The notes under the pieces were generated by a model. The model was not told the DNA's origin and ran no database searches. It was given only the letters and a program-made list of their open reading frames with translations. The position numbers and the translations under genes are program-made. Below, piece by piece: positions 1-13,749 of a stretch of 64,000 bases of DNA; position 1 is the stretch's first letter; each line of letters begins with the position of its first letter. Source of the DNA: Macrostomum lignano (lineage: Eukaryota); contig NIVC01001897.1 of the NCBI GenBank assembly GCA_002269645.1, positions 113,979 to 177,978 on the forward strand, written 5' to 3'.

Positions 1-455
<455 letters not shown>

Positions 456-558
456 CATCTATCCAATACAGTCCCTCTACTAAACTATTCAGTAGTATAA
501 GAGTTGTGTAGTTAAAAAAATCCTCAACGATAACCCAACCCGCCTCCAATTTAACCAG

Positions 559-955
559 GCGAGCCGCACGGCAGCCGCTACATGTCTCTGCCAGTCGGAG
601 CGTCCGAGCTCGATCCCCGTCGGATGCAGCTGCTCCAGCTCATGGAAGAAGATCCGCTGCTTTCGCAACAGCAGCAGCAGCAGCAGCACGAGAACATTCC
701 TTTGACGCTTAGCGGCGCAGGCTGCAGCACCTTCAGCCGGCACCAGCACCATCAGCAGCCGGTGCTTAACTTGCTCGAGGACCCGCAGTTCAACCAGGTG
801 AAACTGGTTGGCCGCTCGCCAATCGCTTGCCGCCAATCGCCGGCAGCCGCTCGGCAACGCCCCAGCAACCGTTGCTAAGCAGTTTTTGGCGGCAACCAGA
901 CCAGAACTCTGGCGGTGGCGGCGACGGCGCCGGCTCGGGAACTGCTGCGGTCTAA
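559..955 (+). pseudogene. Duplicate, frameshifted copy of the protocadherin terminal exon (likely assembly or haplotype redundancy)
   Basis: Acceptor aaccag|GCGAGC at 558/559; encodes MSLPVGASELDPRRMQLLQLMEEDPLLSQQQQQQQHENIP...; 397 nt versus 401 nt for the other copy, differing by single-base indels. Confidence 0.75.
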
Positions 956-1109
956 CAGACGCCATGTGCTGTGAAATTCAGGACTTGATTGAGTTGATTC
1001 GTGCGACTAAGGGTTTTAGATATCATTTTTAGGTCGCGGTGACTGCAAATTACTGAGATTTAAGGTGAGATTAAGGGAGATAGATGCATCTAGAGATAAG
1101 CGAAAAACT

Positions 1110-1412
1110 GTGGGAGATAAAGGGAGAGACAGTGAGAGATGAAGGGAGAGCCAGGGAGAGATGAAGGGAGAGACAGTGAGAGATGAAGGGGAGACAGTGA
1201 GAGATGAAGGGAGAGACAGTAAGATGAAGGGAGAGACAGTGAAAGATAAAAGGAAAAAACAGTGAGAGATGAAGGGAGAGACAGTGAGAGATGAAGGGGA
1301 GAAAGAGGTGAAGGAGAGAGACGGTTAGAGATGAAGGAGATACAGTGAGAGATGAAGGGAGAGACAGTGAGAGATGAAGGAAGATAGAGTGAGAGATGAA
1401 GGAAGATAGAGT
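1110..1412. repeat. 22-bp minisatellite (GAGAGACAGTGAGAGATGAAGG)n
   Basis: Tandem units read directly; mirror of 2925-3670. Confidence 0.9.
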
Positions 1413-1433
1413 NNNNNNNNNNNNNNNNNNNNN
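1413..1433. other. Scaffold gap (21 N)
   Basis: Run of n characters. Confidence 1.
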
Positions 1434-1900
1434 AAGATCTGAGAATTTGAGGATCTGAAGATCTGAGAATTTGAGGATCTGAGAATTGGAGGATTTGAGC
1501 ATCTGAGGATCTGAAGATCTGAGAATTTGAGGATTTGAGCATTGAGAGATTTGAAGATCTGAGAATTTGAGGATTTGAGCATCTGAGGATCTGAAGATCT
1601 GAGAATTGAGGATTTGAGCATCTGAGGATCTGAAGATCTGAGAATTTGAGGATTTGAGCATCTGAGGATTTGAGGATCTGAGGATTTGAGGATCTGAGAA
1701 TTGAGAATTTAAGGATTTGAGGACTAATTAATCTGAGGATTTGAGCATCTGAGGATTTGAGGATCTGAGAATTTGAGAATTTAAGGATTTGAGACTAATT
1801 AATCTGAGGATTTGAGGATCTGAGAATTTGAGAATTTGAGAATCAGGGAATTTGAGGATCTGAGGATGAGGATCTGAGGATTTGAGGATCTGAGGATCTA
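1434..1900. repeat. Degenerate 8-bp-based minisatellite (GATCTGAG/AATTTGAG/GATTTGAG)
   Basis: Tandem units read directly. Confidence 0.9.
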
Positions 1901-2155
1901 CTAATGGGCAGATGTGCAACCGACAGCTCAGCCGCAGCTATTGCGCAGCGCATCTGAAGGCTGCGTACGGCTGTTCAGTCCAAAGACTGGAGGGGGGTCG
2001 CCACACACAGCCTCAATTACCCCAGCTAATGCTGGCACCATTTTACAGCTGGGTGAACTGAAGCAATGCAGAGTTAAGTGTCTTGCTCAGGGACACAAAT
2101 TGTTCCAGTGGGATCGGGAATCGAACCCACAACCTCAAGTCGTGAGTCCTTGAGC
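1900..2155 (-). mobile_element. tRNA-derived CORE-type SINE, 5'-truncated (B box present, A box missing)
   Basis: Minus strand has Pol III B box GGTTCGATTCC (2117-2127). The + strand 2038-2096 (CCATTTTACAGCTGGGTGAACTGAAGCAATGCAGAGTTAAGTGTCTTGCTCAGGGACAC) resembles the MIR CORE segment. A second copy lies at 59362. Confidence 0.75.
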
Positions 2156-2924
2156 AAAGAAAAAAGAAAAAAATCTTTTAATAGCAAGGAAATATTTTAT
2201 TCCATGCAGAGTCTGGTACGCAGCTGTTAAAAGCAATTATTGCAGTATCAGAGTCAGCATTATATTGGCAGTATATTTAAAAGTTTGTATTGGTTAAACT
2301 TTAAACGCGCGGTGACAAAAAGTTCATAAAATTAAGCTTAGAGAATTCGAATATTAAACATGCACTTAATTCACATAATTAAGTTGAACTAAAATTTAAT
2401 CATTTTTCCAAAGAAATTATTGCCAATAAGCTAGCACAATACAAATAGAACAATATTGATGCGCATTTTATACTACTATCAAATAGAAGTAGGATTAAGT
2501 AGTGCGATATGCTGTTTTAGTAATCGCTTATATGCAAAGGCTTTACAAAAATGCTTTTTTAGGTGAGTCTGGGGCGAATTTTTTCTAGTTTCACAATTCG
2601 GCATGAAAGTTAAAAGCAGCTGTTTTTGTTCACAGACAGATTAGTGACAACAATAAAAATATTAAAATACATTCAATTACTGTTAGTAGCAGCATTTGCA
2701 GAAGCGAAAAATTTAGACTTGGGCAGAAAAGCAAATTAAACTGAAATTTTTGTTAGAGCAAGTTTGAAAAGCGGTTTTGAGTATATAGGTATGAAAATTT
2801 GAAAATTTACTTTTTATAACAAAAATAGCTTTTTTTTTTTCAAACAATGGAAAATATTGCGGTTTATACATGTAAGTACTATAAATGAGGGGAGACTGCG
2901 CTAAATTCGGAAATGTTTCTAAAT

Positions 2925-3670
2925 TGTCTTCCTTCATCTCTATCTCTCCCTTCATCTCTCCCTGTCTCTCCCTTCATCTCTCACTGTTTTTCCTTTTATC
3001 TTTCACTGTCTCTCCCTTCATCTCTCACTGTATCTCCTTTCATCTCTAACCGTCTCTTCCTTCACCTCTTTCTCTCCCTTCATCTCTCCCTGTCTCTCCC
3101 TTCATCTCTCACTGTCTCTCCCTTCATCTCTCACTGTCTCTCCTTTCATCTCTCACTGTCTCTCCCTTCATCTCTCACTGTCTCTCCCTTCATCTCTCAC
3201 TGTCTCTCCCTTCATCTCTCACTGTCTCTCCCTTCATCTCTCACTGTCTCTCCCTTCATCTCTCACTGTCTCTCCCTTCATCTCTCACTGTCTCCCTTCA
3301 TCTCTCACTGTCTCTCCCTTCATCTCTCACTCTATCTTCCTTCATCTCTCACTCTATCTTCCTTCATCTCTCACTCTATCTTCCTTCATCTCTCACTGTC
3401 TCTCCCTTCATCTCTCACTGTATCTCCTTTCATCTCTAACCGTCTCTTCCTTCACCTCTTTCTCCCCTTCATCTCTCACTGTCTCTCCCTTCATCTCTCA
3501 CTGTTTTTTCCTTTTATCTTTCACTGTCTCTCCCTTCATCTCTTACTGTCTCTCCTTCATCTCTCACTGTCTCCCCTTCATCTCTCACTGTCTCTCCCTT
3601 CATCTCTCCCTGGCTCTCCCTTCATCTCTCACTGTCTCTCCCTTTATCTCCCACAGTTTTCGCTTATCTC
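2925..3670. repeat. 22-bp minisatellite (CTCTCCCTTCATCTCTCACTGT)n, downstream of the protocadherin stop
   Basis: Tandem units read directly. Confidence 0.93.
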
Positions 3671-3807
3671 TAGATGCATCTATCTCCCTTAATCTCACCT
3701 TAACTCTCAGCAATTTGCAGTCACCGCGACCTAAAAATGATATCTAAAACCCTTAGTCGCACGAATCAACTCAATCAAGTCCTGAATTTCACAGCACATG
3801 GCGTCTG

Positions 3808-4208
3808 TTAGACCGCAGCAGTTCCCGAGCCGGCGCCGTCGCCGCCACCGCCAGAGTTCTGGGTCTGGTTGCCGCCAAAACTGCTTAGCAACGGTTGCTG
3901 GGGCGTTGCCGAGCGGCTGCCGGCGATTGGCGGCAAGCGATTTGGCGAGCGGCCAACCAGTTTCACCTGGTTGAACTGCGGGTCCTCGAGCAAGTTAAGC
4001 ACCGGCTGCTGATGGTGCTGGTGCCGGCTGAAGGTGCTGCAGCCTGCGCCGCTAAGCGTCAAAGGAATGTTCTCGTGCTGCTGCTGCTGCTGCTGTTGCG
4101 AAAGCAGCGGATCTTCTTCCATGATGCTGGAGCAGCTGCATCCGACCGGGGATCGAGCTCGGGACGCTCCGACTGGCAGAGACATGTAGCGGCTGCCGTG
4201 CGGCTCGC
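3808..4208 (-). CDS. PCDH: Protocadherin putative terminal coding exon (cytoplasmic tail, polyQ, ends ...GSGTAAV*)
   Basis: Acceptor tttaaaccag|GC at 4209/4208; GC-rich ORF EPHGSRYMSLPVG...QQQQQQQ...; same strand and downstream of exon 8. It needs a phase-1 upstream intron, so one linking exon is unresolved. Confidence 0.6.
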
Positions 4209-4306
4209 CTGGTTTAAATTGGAGGGCGGGTTGGGTTATCGTTGAGGATTTTTTTAACTACACAACTCTTATCTTACTACTGAATAGTTTAGTAGAGGGA
4301 CTGTAT

Positions 4307-5800
<1,494 letters not shown>

Positions 5801-6239
5801 CAGAATTAAGGCCATGCAAGCTCATCAATGAATTGTGGAAAGCTAATGCTATTAATGAACATAAATTAAAGCAGCATTAAACTTTAACACTGCTGAGTAT
5901 CTCAGCCCTATATTCAGCCCTAACTCAGGCAGGCAGTGCTGAGACCGAAATACCAACTCGCTCAGCATAAAGCAACTGCAGGCGGACTCACCGCTAGACC
6001 GCAACTCCTAACTCATCCCTGCTCATTCATTTCCAGTCCCGTGAGCCTCACACTGCTACGGTGATAAGGCGAAATTTATGGCAATGCCGAACCGTAGCCT
6101 GCCCAGGGCTGCCAGCTGCAGACTCCGCGCCACTTACACTTTTTACTTCCTCTCTGTCAGTGACTCACTGACTGACCTGCTCTCGCTGATAGCCTGCACT
6201 CTCTCACCTTACATACCACCACTAATTCTCATCTCACGT

Positions 6240-7850
6240 TCCCTCTCTTTCTCTCCTTTTTCTACTTCTCCTCTCTACTTCTCCCACTCTCTACTTCTCC
6301 ACTTCTCTACTTCTCCCACTCTCTACTTCTCCACTTCTCTACTTCTCCCCTCTCTGCTTCTCCCACTTCTCTACTTCTCCATTTCTCCCACTTCTCTACT
6401 TCTCCACTTCTCTACTTCCCCACTTCTCCCACTTCTCTACTTCTCCACTTCTCCCACTTCTCTACTTCTCCACTTCTCTACTTCCCCACTTCTCTACTTC
6501 TCCCCTCTCTGCTTCTCCCACTTCTCTACTTCTCCCACTCTCTACTTTTCCACTTCTCTACTTCCCCACTTCTCTACTTCTCCCCTCTCTACTTCTCCAC
6601 TTCTCTACTTCTCCCATTCTCTACTTCTCCACTTCTCTACTTCTCCCACTCTCTACTTCTCCACTTCTCTACTTCTCCCACTCTCTACTTCTCCACTTCT
6701 CTACTTCTCCCCTCTCTGCTTCTCCCACTTCTCTACTTCTCCCCTCTCTGCTTCTCCCACTTCTCTACTTCTCCACTTCTCTACTTCTCCACTTCTCCCA
6801 CTTCTCCCACTTCTCTACTTCTCCACTTCTCCCCTCTCTGCTTCTCCCACTTCTCTACTTCTCCCACTTCTCTACTTCTCCCCTCTCTGCTTCTCCCACT
6901 TCTCTACTTCTCCACTTCTCTACTTCCCCACTTCTCCCACTTCTCTACTTCTCCACTTCTCCCCTCTCTGCTTCTCCCACTTCTCTACTTCTCCTACTTC
7001 TCTACTTCTCCCCTCTCTGCTTCTCCCACTTCTCTACTTCTCCACTTCTCTACTTCCCCACTTCTCTACTTCCCCACTTCTCCCACTTCTCTACTTCTCC
7101 ACTTCTCCCACTTCTCTACTTCTCCACTTCTCTACTTCCCCACTTCTCTACTTCTCCCCTCTCTGCTTCTCCACTTTTCTACTTCTCCCACTCTCTACTT
7201 CTCCCCTTTCTACTTCTCCACTTCTCTACTTCTCCCACTCTCTACTTCTCCACTTCTCTACTTCTCCCACTCTCTACTTCTCCACTTCTCTACTTCTCCC
7301 ACTCTCTACTTCTCCACTTCTCTACTTCTCCCTCTCTCTACTTCTCCCCTCTCTGCTTCTCCACTTCTCTACTTCCCCACTTCTCCCACTTCTCTACTTC
7401 TCCACTTCTCCCACTTCTCTACTTCTCCACTTCTCTACTTCTCCCTCCTCTACTTCTCAAATTCTCTACTGCTCCTCTCTTTCTCTACTTGTGCATCCTC
7501 TGTAATTCTCCCTCCTCTACTTCTCCTGCTCTCTACTTCTGCCACTCTCTACTTCTCCACTTCTCTAATTCTCCCTCCTCTACTTCTCCTGCTCTCTACT
7601 TCTGCCACTCTCCACTTCTCCACTTCTCTACTTCTCCCTCCTCTACTTCTCCCTCCTCTACTTCTCCCTCCTCTCTACTTCTCCCTCCTCTCTACTTCTC
7701 CCTCCTCTCTACTTCTCCCTCCTCTCTACTTCTCTTTTCTATCTACTTCCCCCTCTCTACTTTTCCCCTCTACTTCTCCTTCCTCTCTACTTCTCTTTGT
7801 CTACTTCTCTCCCTCTCTACTTCTCTCCCCTATTTTTCTCCCACCCTCTC
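6240..7850. repeat. About 1.6-kb pyrimidine-rich degenerate minisatellite (CTACTTCTCCCA/CTTCTC units)
   Basis: Direct reading; almost no G on the + strand. Confidence 0.95.
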
Positions 7851-8489
7851 CCCCTGTCCGTTGTGAAGCCTGTAACCACCGCACGCTACTATGGAACACA
7901 AACTGCCCCATCAGCTGCAGACCTGGCGAATGCATAGCTGACAAATCTGCTTTCAATCTTGGCATTAGTCGTCTTTCTCGCTGGCAAGCCGAAAAGGCCA
8001 ACCAAACCGAAAGCACTGGCTGTCAGTTGACACCAAATTCAAGACTTATGGCTGGCCGAACTGATGTCGCATTAACAACTGACCCGTTCGCTCTTTTCTC
8101 TCCTTTTTTCCGAGTTTCCATTTCCCCTGCAAGTTGCTGCTGCAAAAGTTGCTTTCTCCTTTTTAAAAAGAAAACAATGCCCTCGCATGGCAGTGCAGAT
8201 CTGCTTGTCAGAAGCAGTGTTAGAAATTTGAAACTGTATTTGATTATCAATGCTTTCTTGCCACAGTAAATTTATTGAAAACTAGTCCTAAAGTTCATCC
8301 GAAACCATTTTTTATGATTGACTCTTTGACTCTTCGTGTAGCTTAAGGTCAAAGAAAAATATTAATAACACTGATTATGATTTTTTAATGAAGTTTACTA
8401 CTGCTCTATATAAGCATGTCATCTTTTTCTATCTGTTCTAGGGAGATGTAAAAGGTAATGGGGTTGTGAAAAAGGCAAACTAAGGGTAT

Positions 8490-8990
8490 GAAAGCGAGAT
8501 TAACGGTGTGAAAAGGCTGATGGAGGGTTGTGAAGAGGCTGGTAGAGGGTGTGAAAAGGCTGATGAAGGGTGTGCAAAAGCAAATGAAGGGTGTGAAAAG
8601 GCTGATGAAGGGTTGTGAAGAGGCTGATAGAGGGTGTGAAAAGGCAGATGGAGGGTTGTGAAAAGGCAGATGGAGGGTTGTGAAAAGGCTGATGGAGGAT
8701 GTGAAAAGGCTGATGGAGGGTGTGAAAAGGCTGATGGAGGGTGTGAAAAGGCGGATGGAGGATGTGAAGAAGCGGATGGAGGGTGTGAAGCGGCTGATAG
8801 AGGGTGTGAGAAGCTGGATGAAGGGTGTAAAAAAGGTGGATGGAGGATGTGAAGAAGCAGATGGAGGGTGTGAAGAGGCTGATAGAGGGGGTGAAAAGGC
8901 GGATGGAGGGCGTGAAAAAGGTGGATGGAGGATGTGAAGAAGCAGATGGAGGGTGTGAAGAGGCGGATGAAGGGTGTGAAAAGGCAGAAA
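8490..8990. repeat. 21-bp minisatellite (GTGAAAAGGCTGATGGAGGGT)n
   Basis: Tandem units read directly. Confidence 0.93.
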
Positions 8991-9469
8991 GATGGTCTGT
9001 TTTGAAGGCCTTTGAAATGCTTCAATAATAATCCAGCAGGGCAAGTTAACTGAGTGACTGATTGATTGATCCGCCGGACAATATCGGGCTTATGCAGAGT
9101 AACTGCAAGAAAGTCGGTCAGCACTGGGCTGCTCTATAAAATTTTGAGTCGATGCTAATTCTGTTGACAGAAGACTGCAGCAGCGAAGGACAGTGACACA
9201 AGCCCTGGAGCTGACTGCTAGCAAGCGTCAACATGCTTTGAGAATATTCTATTCAAAATTCTTCCCCAAAGCTTTTGGGGAGGGGCGCCTCTGGTAGTGG
9301 CAGTGGGAAATGGTGTTTGAGTTTGCTTAGCAGTAGACTTCTCCCTGAGTTCATTCTGGCCGGTTGACAAACTGGGAGCCAGAGGCCCCCGGAAGACTGC
9401 AGTTCGGTGGAAATCTATTGAACATTTTCTTTACCTTGGCTAGTGAGACTCTTCTTACAGAAATGTACT

Positions 9470-9900
9470 CCATCCCAGATCTTCGATCCTCAATCCCTGA
9501 TATCAAATCTCAAATCCCATATATCTCAGATCCCAGATCCCAGATCCCAGATCCCAGATCCCAGATCCCGGATCCCAGATCTCAGATCTCAGATCTCAGA
9601 TCCCAGATCTCAGATCCCAGATCCCGGATCTCAGATCCCGGATCCCAGATCTCAGATCCCAGATCCCATTTATCTCTCAGATCCCAGATCCCATTTATCC
9701 CAGATCCCAAATCCCATATATCAGATCCCAGATCCCGGATCCCGGATCTCAGATCCTATTTATCGCTCAGATCCCAGATCCCAAATCCCATATTCCAGAT
9801 CCCATATCCCAGATTTCAAGTCCCATATCACTGATCCCAGATTCCATATATCCCAGATCCCAGATCCAAAATCCCATATCTCAGATTCTCAAATCTCCCA
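9470..9900. repeat. 7-bp-based array (CCCAGAT)n
   Basis: Tandem units; reverse complement of the GGGATCT-type arrays at 10155-14110. Confidence 0.93.
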
Positions 9901-9911
9901 GCGGTGCTCAC

Positions 9912-10049
9912 CTCTCTGCTCTCCGTGAATCTCTTCTTCGCTGGCGCCGTGCCCGAGTCAGCCGAGGCCACGTCGTAGTCGCCGCCGGCCCCCAGTTGCC
10001 ATGGCAACAGGGCAGCGCCATAGGGCAGCGGATGATAGCCACTGCCGTT
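9912..10049 (-). CDS. PCDH: Protocadherin exon 8 (cytoplasmic, 46 aa, NGSGYHPLPYG...DYDVASADSGTAPAKKRFTESRE)
   Basis: cttttcaaccag|AAC acceptor and GAG|gtgagc donor; 138 nt, phase 0/0, in frame with exon 7; the SADSG motif resembles the protocadherin CM1 DSG motif. Confidence 0.8.
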
Positions 10050-10154
10050 CTGGTTGAAAAGCAATGACAAAGGTTCTTAGGTGAAAAATTCGAGTTGCAA
10101 TCACTTTTATTCCTGTGACTCGTGAGATAATTATTCATCAGGAGCAATTTTTTA

Positions 10155-10430
10155 ACTGGGATCTGAGATATGGGATCTGAGATATGAGATTTAGAATCTG
10201 AGATGTGGGATGAGATCTGGGATCTAGAATCTGAGATGTGGGATCTAGGATCTGAAATCTGGGATCTAAGATCTTAATATAGGGTCTAGCAACAAGGTAT
10301 GGGATCTGAAATCGGGAAATTAGGGATCGGGGATCTGGGATCGGGATCTGGATCTGGGATTGGATTAAGAATCGGAAATCAGGATCGGGGGTCAGGGATT
10401 TAAGGATTGTGGACCTGATCCCACTTTTAA
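10155..10430. repeat. Degenerate (GGGATCT)n array
   Basis: Direct reading. Confidence 0.85.
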
Positions 10431-11289
10431 TACTTTCCCTGTCAATAGACGATATGTATAGAAAAACTGCAGTCTTAAAAAAGAAGAATTCCAATTCCCA
10501 AACTAAAAACGAGATCAAGAATCTCCCACCCCAAAAGAAATTTCATTCATTAACACATACTACTAGCGGCAACTTGCATGCAGTGTGATAATGATTTGCA
10601 TAGCATTCCCAATCATCAGTAAGAATTTATTTGCATGCGTTAGTTGTCTTCTCTCTCTCTGGCCCTCCCGCTGCCACTAATGAATGAATTCTATCCAGCA
10701 TTGTATACTGAAGTGGCACTTTCACCCCAGATGAGCAGACTGGCACCTCTGGCTCTCCTGGGTCCCTCCAGCACCTCAAATGCAGTTTGTGGTTGGGACA
10801 CAAAGTAGTAGCTTTGCTGGATGGGGGGTGGGTAAAAGGGGAGCGAAGAGAGCGAATAGGATGACTACCAAAGGTTGGCAGCTACTCAAGACAGGAAGGA
10901 AGGAAGGAAGAACTCACTCAGTTCTCACACCCTGTGGCGATTTCTCTCTGTGCGCTTCTCTCACGCACACACACGCGGACAGACAATCACTTGGAGTTCA
11001 TCCATCCATTCTTTGAGGATGAGCTGTAGGCCTTCCATCCAAGCTATCTATCACTGTATTAACCCTCTGCTTATAATATATGCCAGTACCATCTAGCCGC
11101 TCTGACGCAGGAAGCTGTGAACGTGAACTGACAGCTCACCTTGAGTCCGTTTAGCAGCTTCATATAAGCGACTGTGTTGCAGTTCTCTGATCGATTGTCT
11201 ATTTATCTATTGTCATCGCTGCTCTCTAGAGCTATCAAGCTATCTCTAAACTTCTTAACTATACTAATGTCTCTAGGCTTCGATACACT

Positions 11290-12120
11290 TATATCTGGGA
11301 TCTGAGATATGAGGATCTGGAATAAGGAGGCTAGAATCCGGGATTGAGAATATAGGATCTAGTATGAGATTGGGGATCGGGGATCTGGGATCTAGGATCT
11401 GGGATCTAGGATCTGGGATCTAGGATCTGGGATCTAGGATCTGGGATCTAGGATCTGGGATCTAGGATCTGGGATCTAGGATCTGGGATCTAGGATCTGG
11501 GATCTAGGATCTGGGATCTAGGATCTGGGATCTAGGATCTGGGATCTAGGATCTGGGATCTAGGATCTGGGATCTAGGATCTGGGATCTAGGATCTGGGA
11601 TCTAGGATCTGGGATCTAGGATCTGGGATCTAGGATCTGGGATCTAGGATCTGGGATCTAGGATCTGGGATCTAGGATCTGGGATCTAGGATCTGGGATC
11701 TAGGATCTGGGATCTAGGATCTGGGATCTAGGATCTGGGATCTAGGATCTGGGATCTAGGATCTGGGATCTAGGATCTGGGATCTAGGATCTGGGATCTA
11801 GGATCTGGGATCTAGGATCTGGGATCTAGGATCTGGGATCTAGGATCTGGGATCTAGGATCTGGGATCTAGGATCTGGGATCTAGGATCTGGGATCTAGG
11901 ATCTGGGATCTAGGATCTGGGATCTAGGATCTGGGATCTAGGATCTGGGATCTAGGATCTGGGATCTAGGATCTGGGATATAGGATCTGGGATCTGGGAT
12001 CTAGGATCTGGAATCGGGGATCTGAGATCTGGAATCGGGGATCTGGGAGCTGGGATCTAGGATATAGGATCTAGGATCTGGGATCGGAGATCTGGGATCG
12101 GGGATTGGGGATCTGGAATT
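11290..12120. repeat. (GGATCTGGGATCTA)n array with a perfect core at 11381-11979 (about 43 units)
   Basis: Direct reading. Confidence 0.97.
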
Positions 12121-12639
12121 TGAGCTGTGAGATCTGGGAAATGTGGTACAATGAAATGTGCCACTTCACTCAGACACCCACAGCCAATTCTTTACCACTT
12201 CTAACTCCCTTAAATTACAGTAGGTTCATACAGCAGCAACAGCAAAAACAGCAACAGCAGCAGCTTAAAAGAAGAAGCCGCGGGCGCTGCTCAAACGGAG
12301 CACGCAAAGCAAGCAAGCTTCATCATTCATCCAGCTTCAGCTCCAGCTAGTAAATGCATCCAGCTCTGGGCAGGGGACTTAGGGGGGGGGGGGGTTGCTG
12401 GTAACCCCGCGGCGCCCAGATGTCTGGAGCCGAGGAATGCGGGGACCAGGGGGGAGAAGATAGAGAGGCAGGTATTGCTGCCTGAGCTAAGCTAAGACAA
12501 TACTGTATATGATAGGAATTTGGTTCAACTCATACAGAGGTACATGTATCTGTTAAGATGTTGGCAACAGTGGCTATCAGTATATAGATTTTTGTGCCTT
12601 GCAACTTGTGCTATTTTGTTAGCTACGTTTAGTAGATTT

Positions 12640-13160
12640 CTCGGATCGGGATTTGAGAATCTGAGATTTGGGATCTTGGAATCTGAGACTGGGATCTGGG
12701 ATTTCGAGACTGTGACCTGAGATTCTGAGAGTGGAAGCTGGGATTCTGAGAGTGGAAGCTGGGATTCTGGGATTGGGATCTGGGATCCTGAGATTGGGAT
12801 CTGCGATTCTTAGATTGGGATATGGGATTCTGAGACTGGGACCTGGGATTCTGATATTGGGATCTGGGATCCTGAGATTGGGATATGGGATTCTGAGACT
12901 GGGATATGGGATTCTGAGACTGGGATATGGGATTCTGAGATTGGGATCTGGGATTCTGAGACTGGGATCTGAGATTCTGAGACTGGGATATGCGATTCTG
13001 AGACTGTGATATGGGATTCTGAGATTGGGATCTGGGATTCTGAGACTGGGATCTGAGATTCTGAGACTGGGATTTGGGATTCTGAGATCGCGATCTAGGA
13101 TTCGAGATTGGGAACTGGGATTATGAAATTTGGGATTACAGATTCTGAGACTGGGATCTG
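12640..13160. repeat. 21-bp array (GGGATTCTGAGACTGGGATCT)n
   Basis: Direct reading. Confidence 0.92.
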
Positions 13161-13749
13161 TATATCTGTTATATTGGGTCGGATGCTAAAATCCGGGATT
13201 AAAACAGTCATGGAGACAGCTGAATCTATCTAGCCCTTATCTGATGGTAGAGATTGCGATCATAAGCGTAGATAAAAATCTCTATCTGTGTAATGCATAT
13301 TTTATTAATAATAAGCCAATTGTTGTTTCAGATAGACACACACTGACCCGGACAGATATATTCTAGCATATGATTACTAATAACTTATATTAGTAATGAT
13401 AATAATGTGTGCGGTTATTATAAGGCATATAGCTTTTCGTGAGGAAAAAATTAGCGGAAATCAACAAGAATAATAGGGGGATTTGGGGGGGGGGGGAGAC
13501 AGAGAGAAAAGTCCGGAATAACACCCATCCCACCGTGCAGCTAAACTCCTAACTTATTTCCACTTCAAACTGCTTTTTATTGCATTTTATATTGCCTTGA
13601 TTGATTATTAGCAATTGAGCAACAGTTACAGTTGCGGATGTGCGCAATAGGATGCTGGGATGGCTGGGCGATTAGCTCAATACTAATCCTATAGTGTGCT
13701 CAAAGCGGGGAAGACGGGTATAAGCTAGTCATGGACTTCTAAATCAAGC

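Noticed and set aside
2100-2155. tRNA gene suggested by the B box GGTTCGATTCC
   Set aside because: No A box or cloverleaf; it continues into the SINE body shared with 59362.
12105-12350. PolyQ-containing + strand ORF inside protocadherin intron 7
   Set aside because: Begins in a satellite, short, no recognisable domain or convincing exon boundaries.
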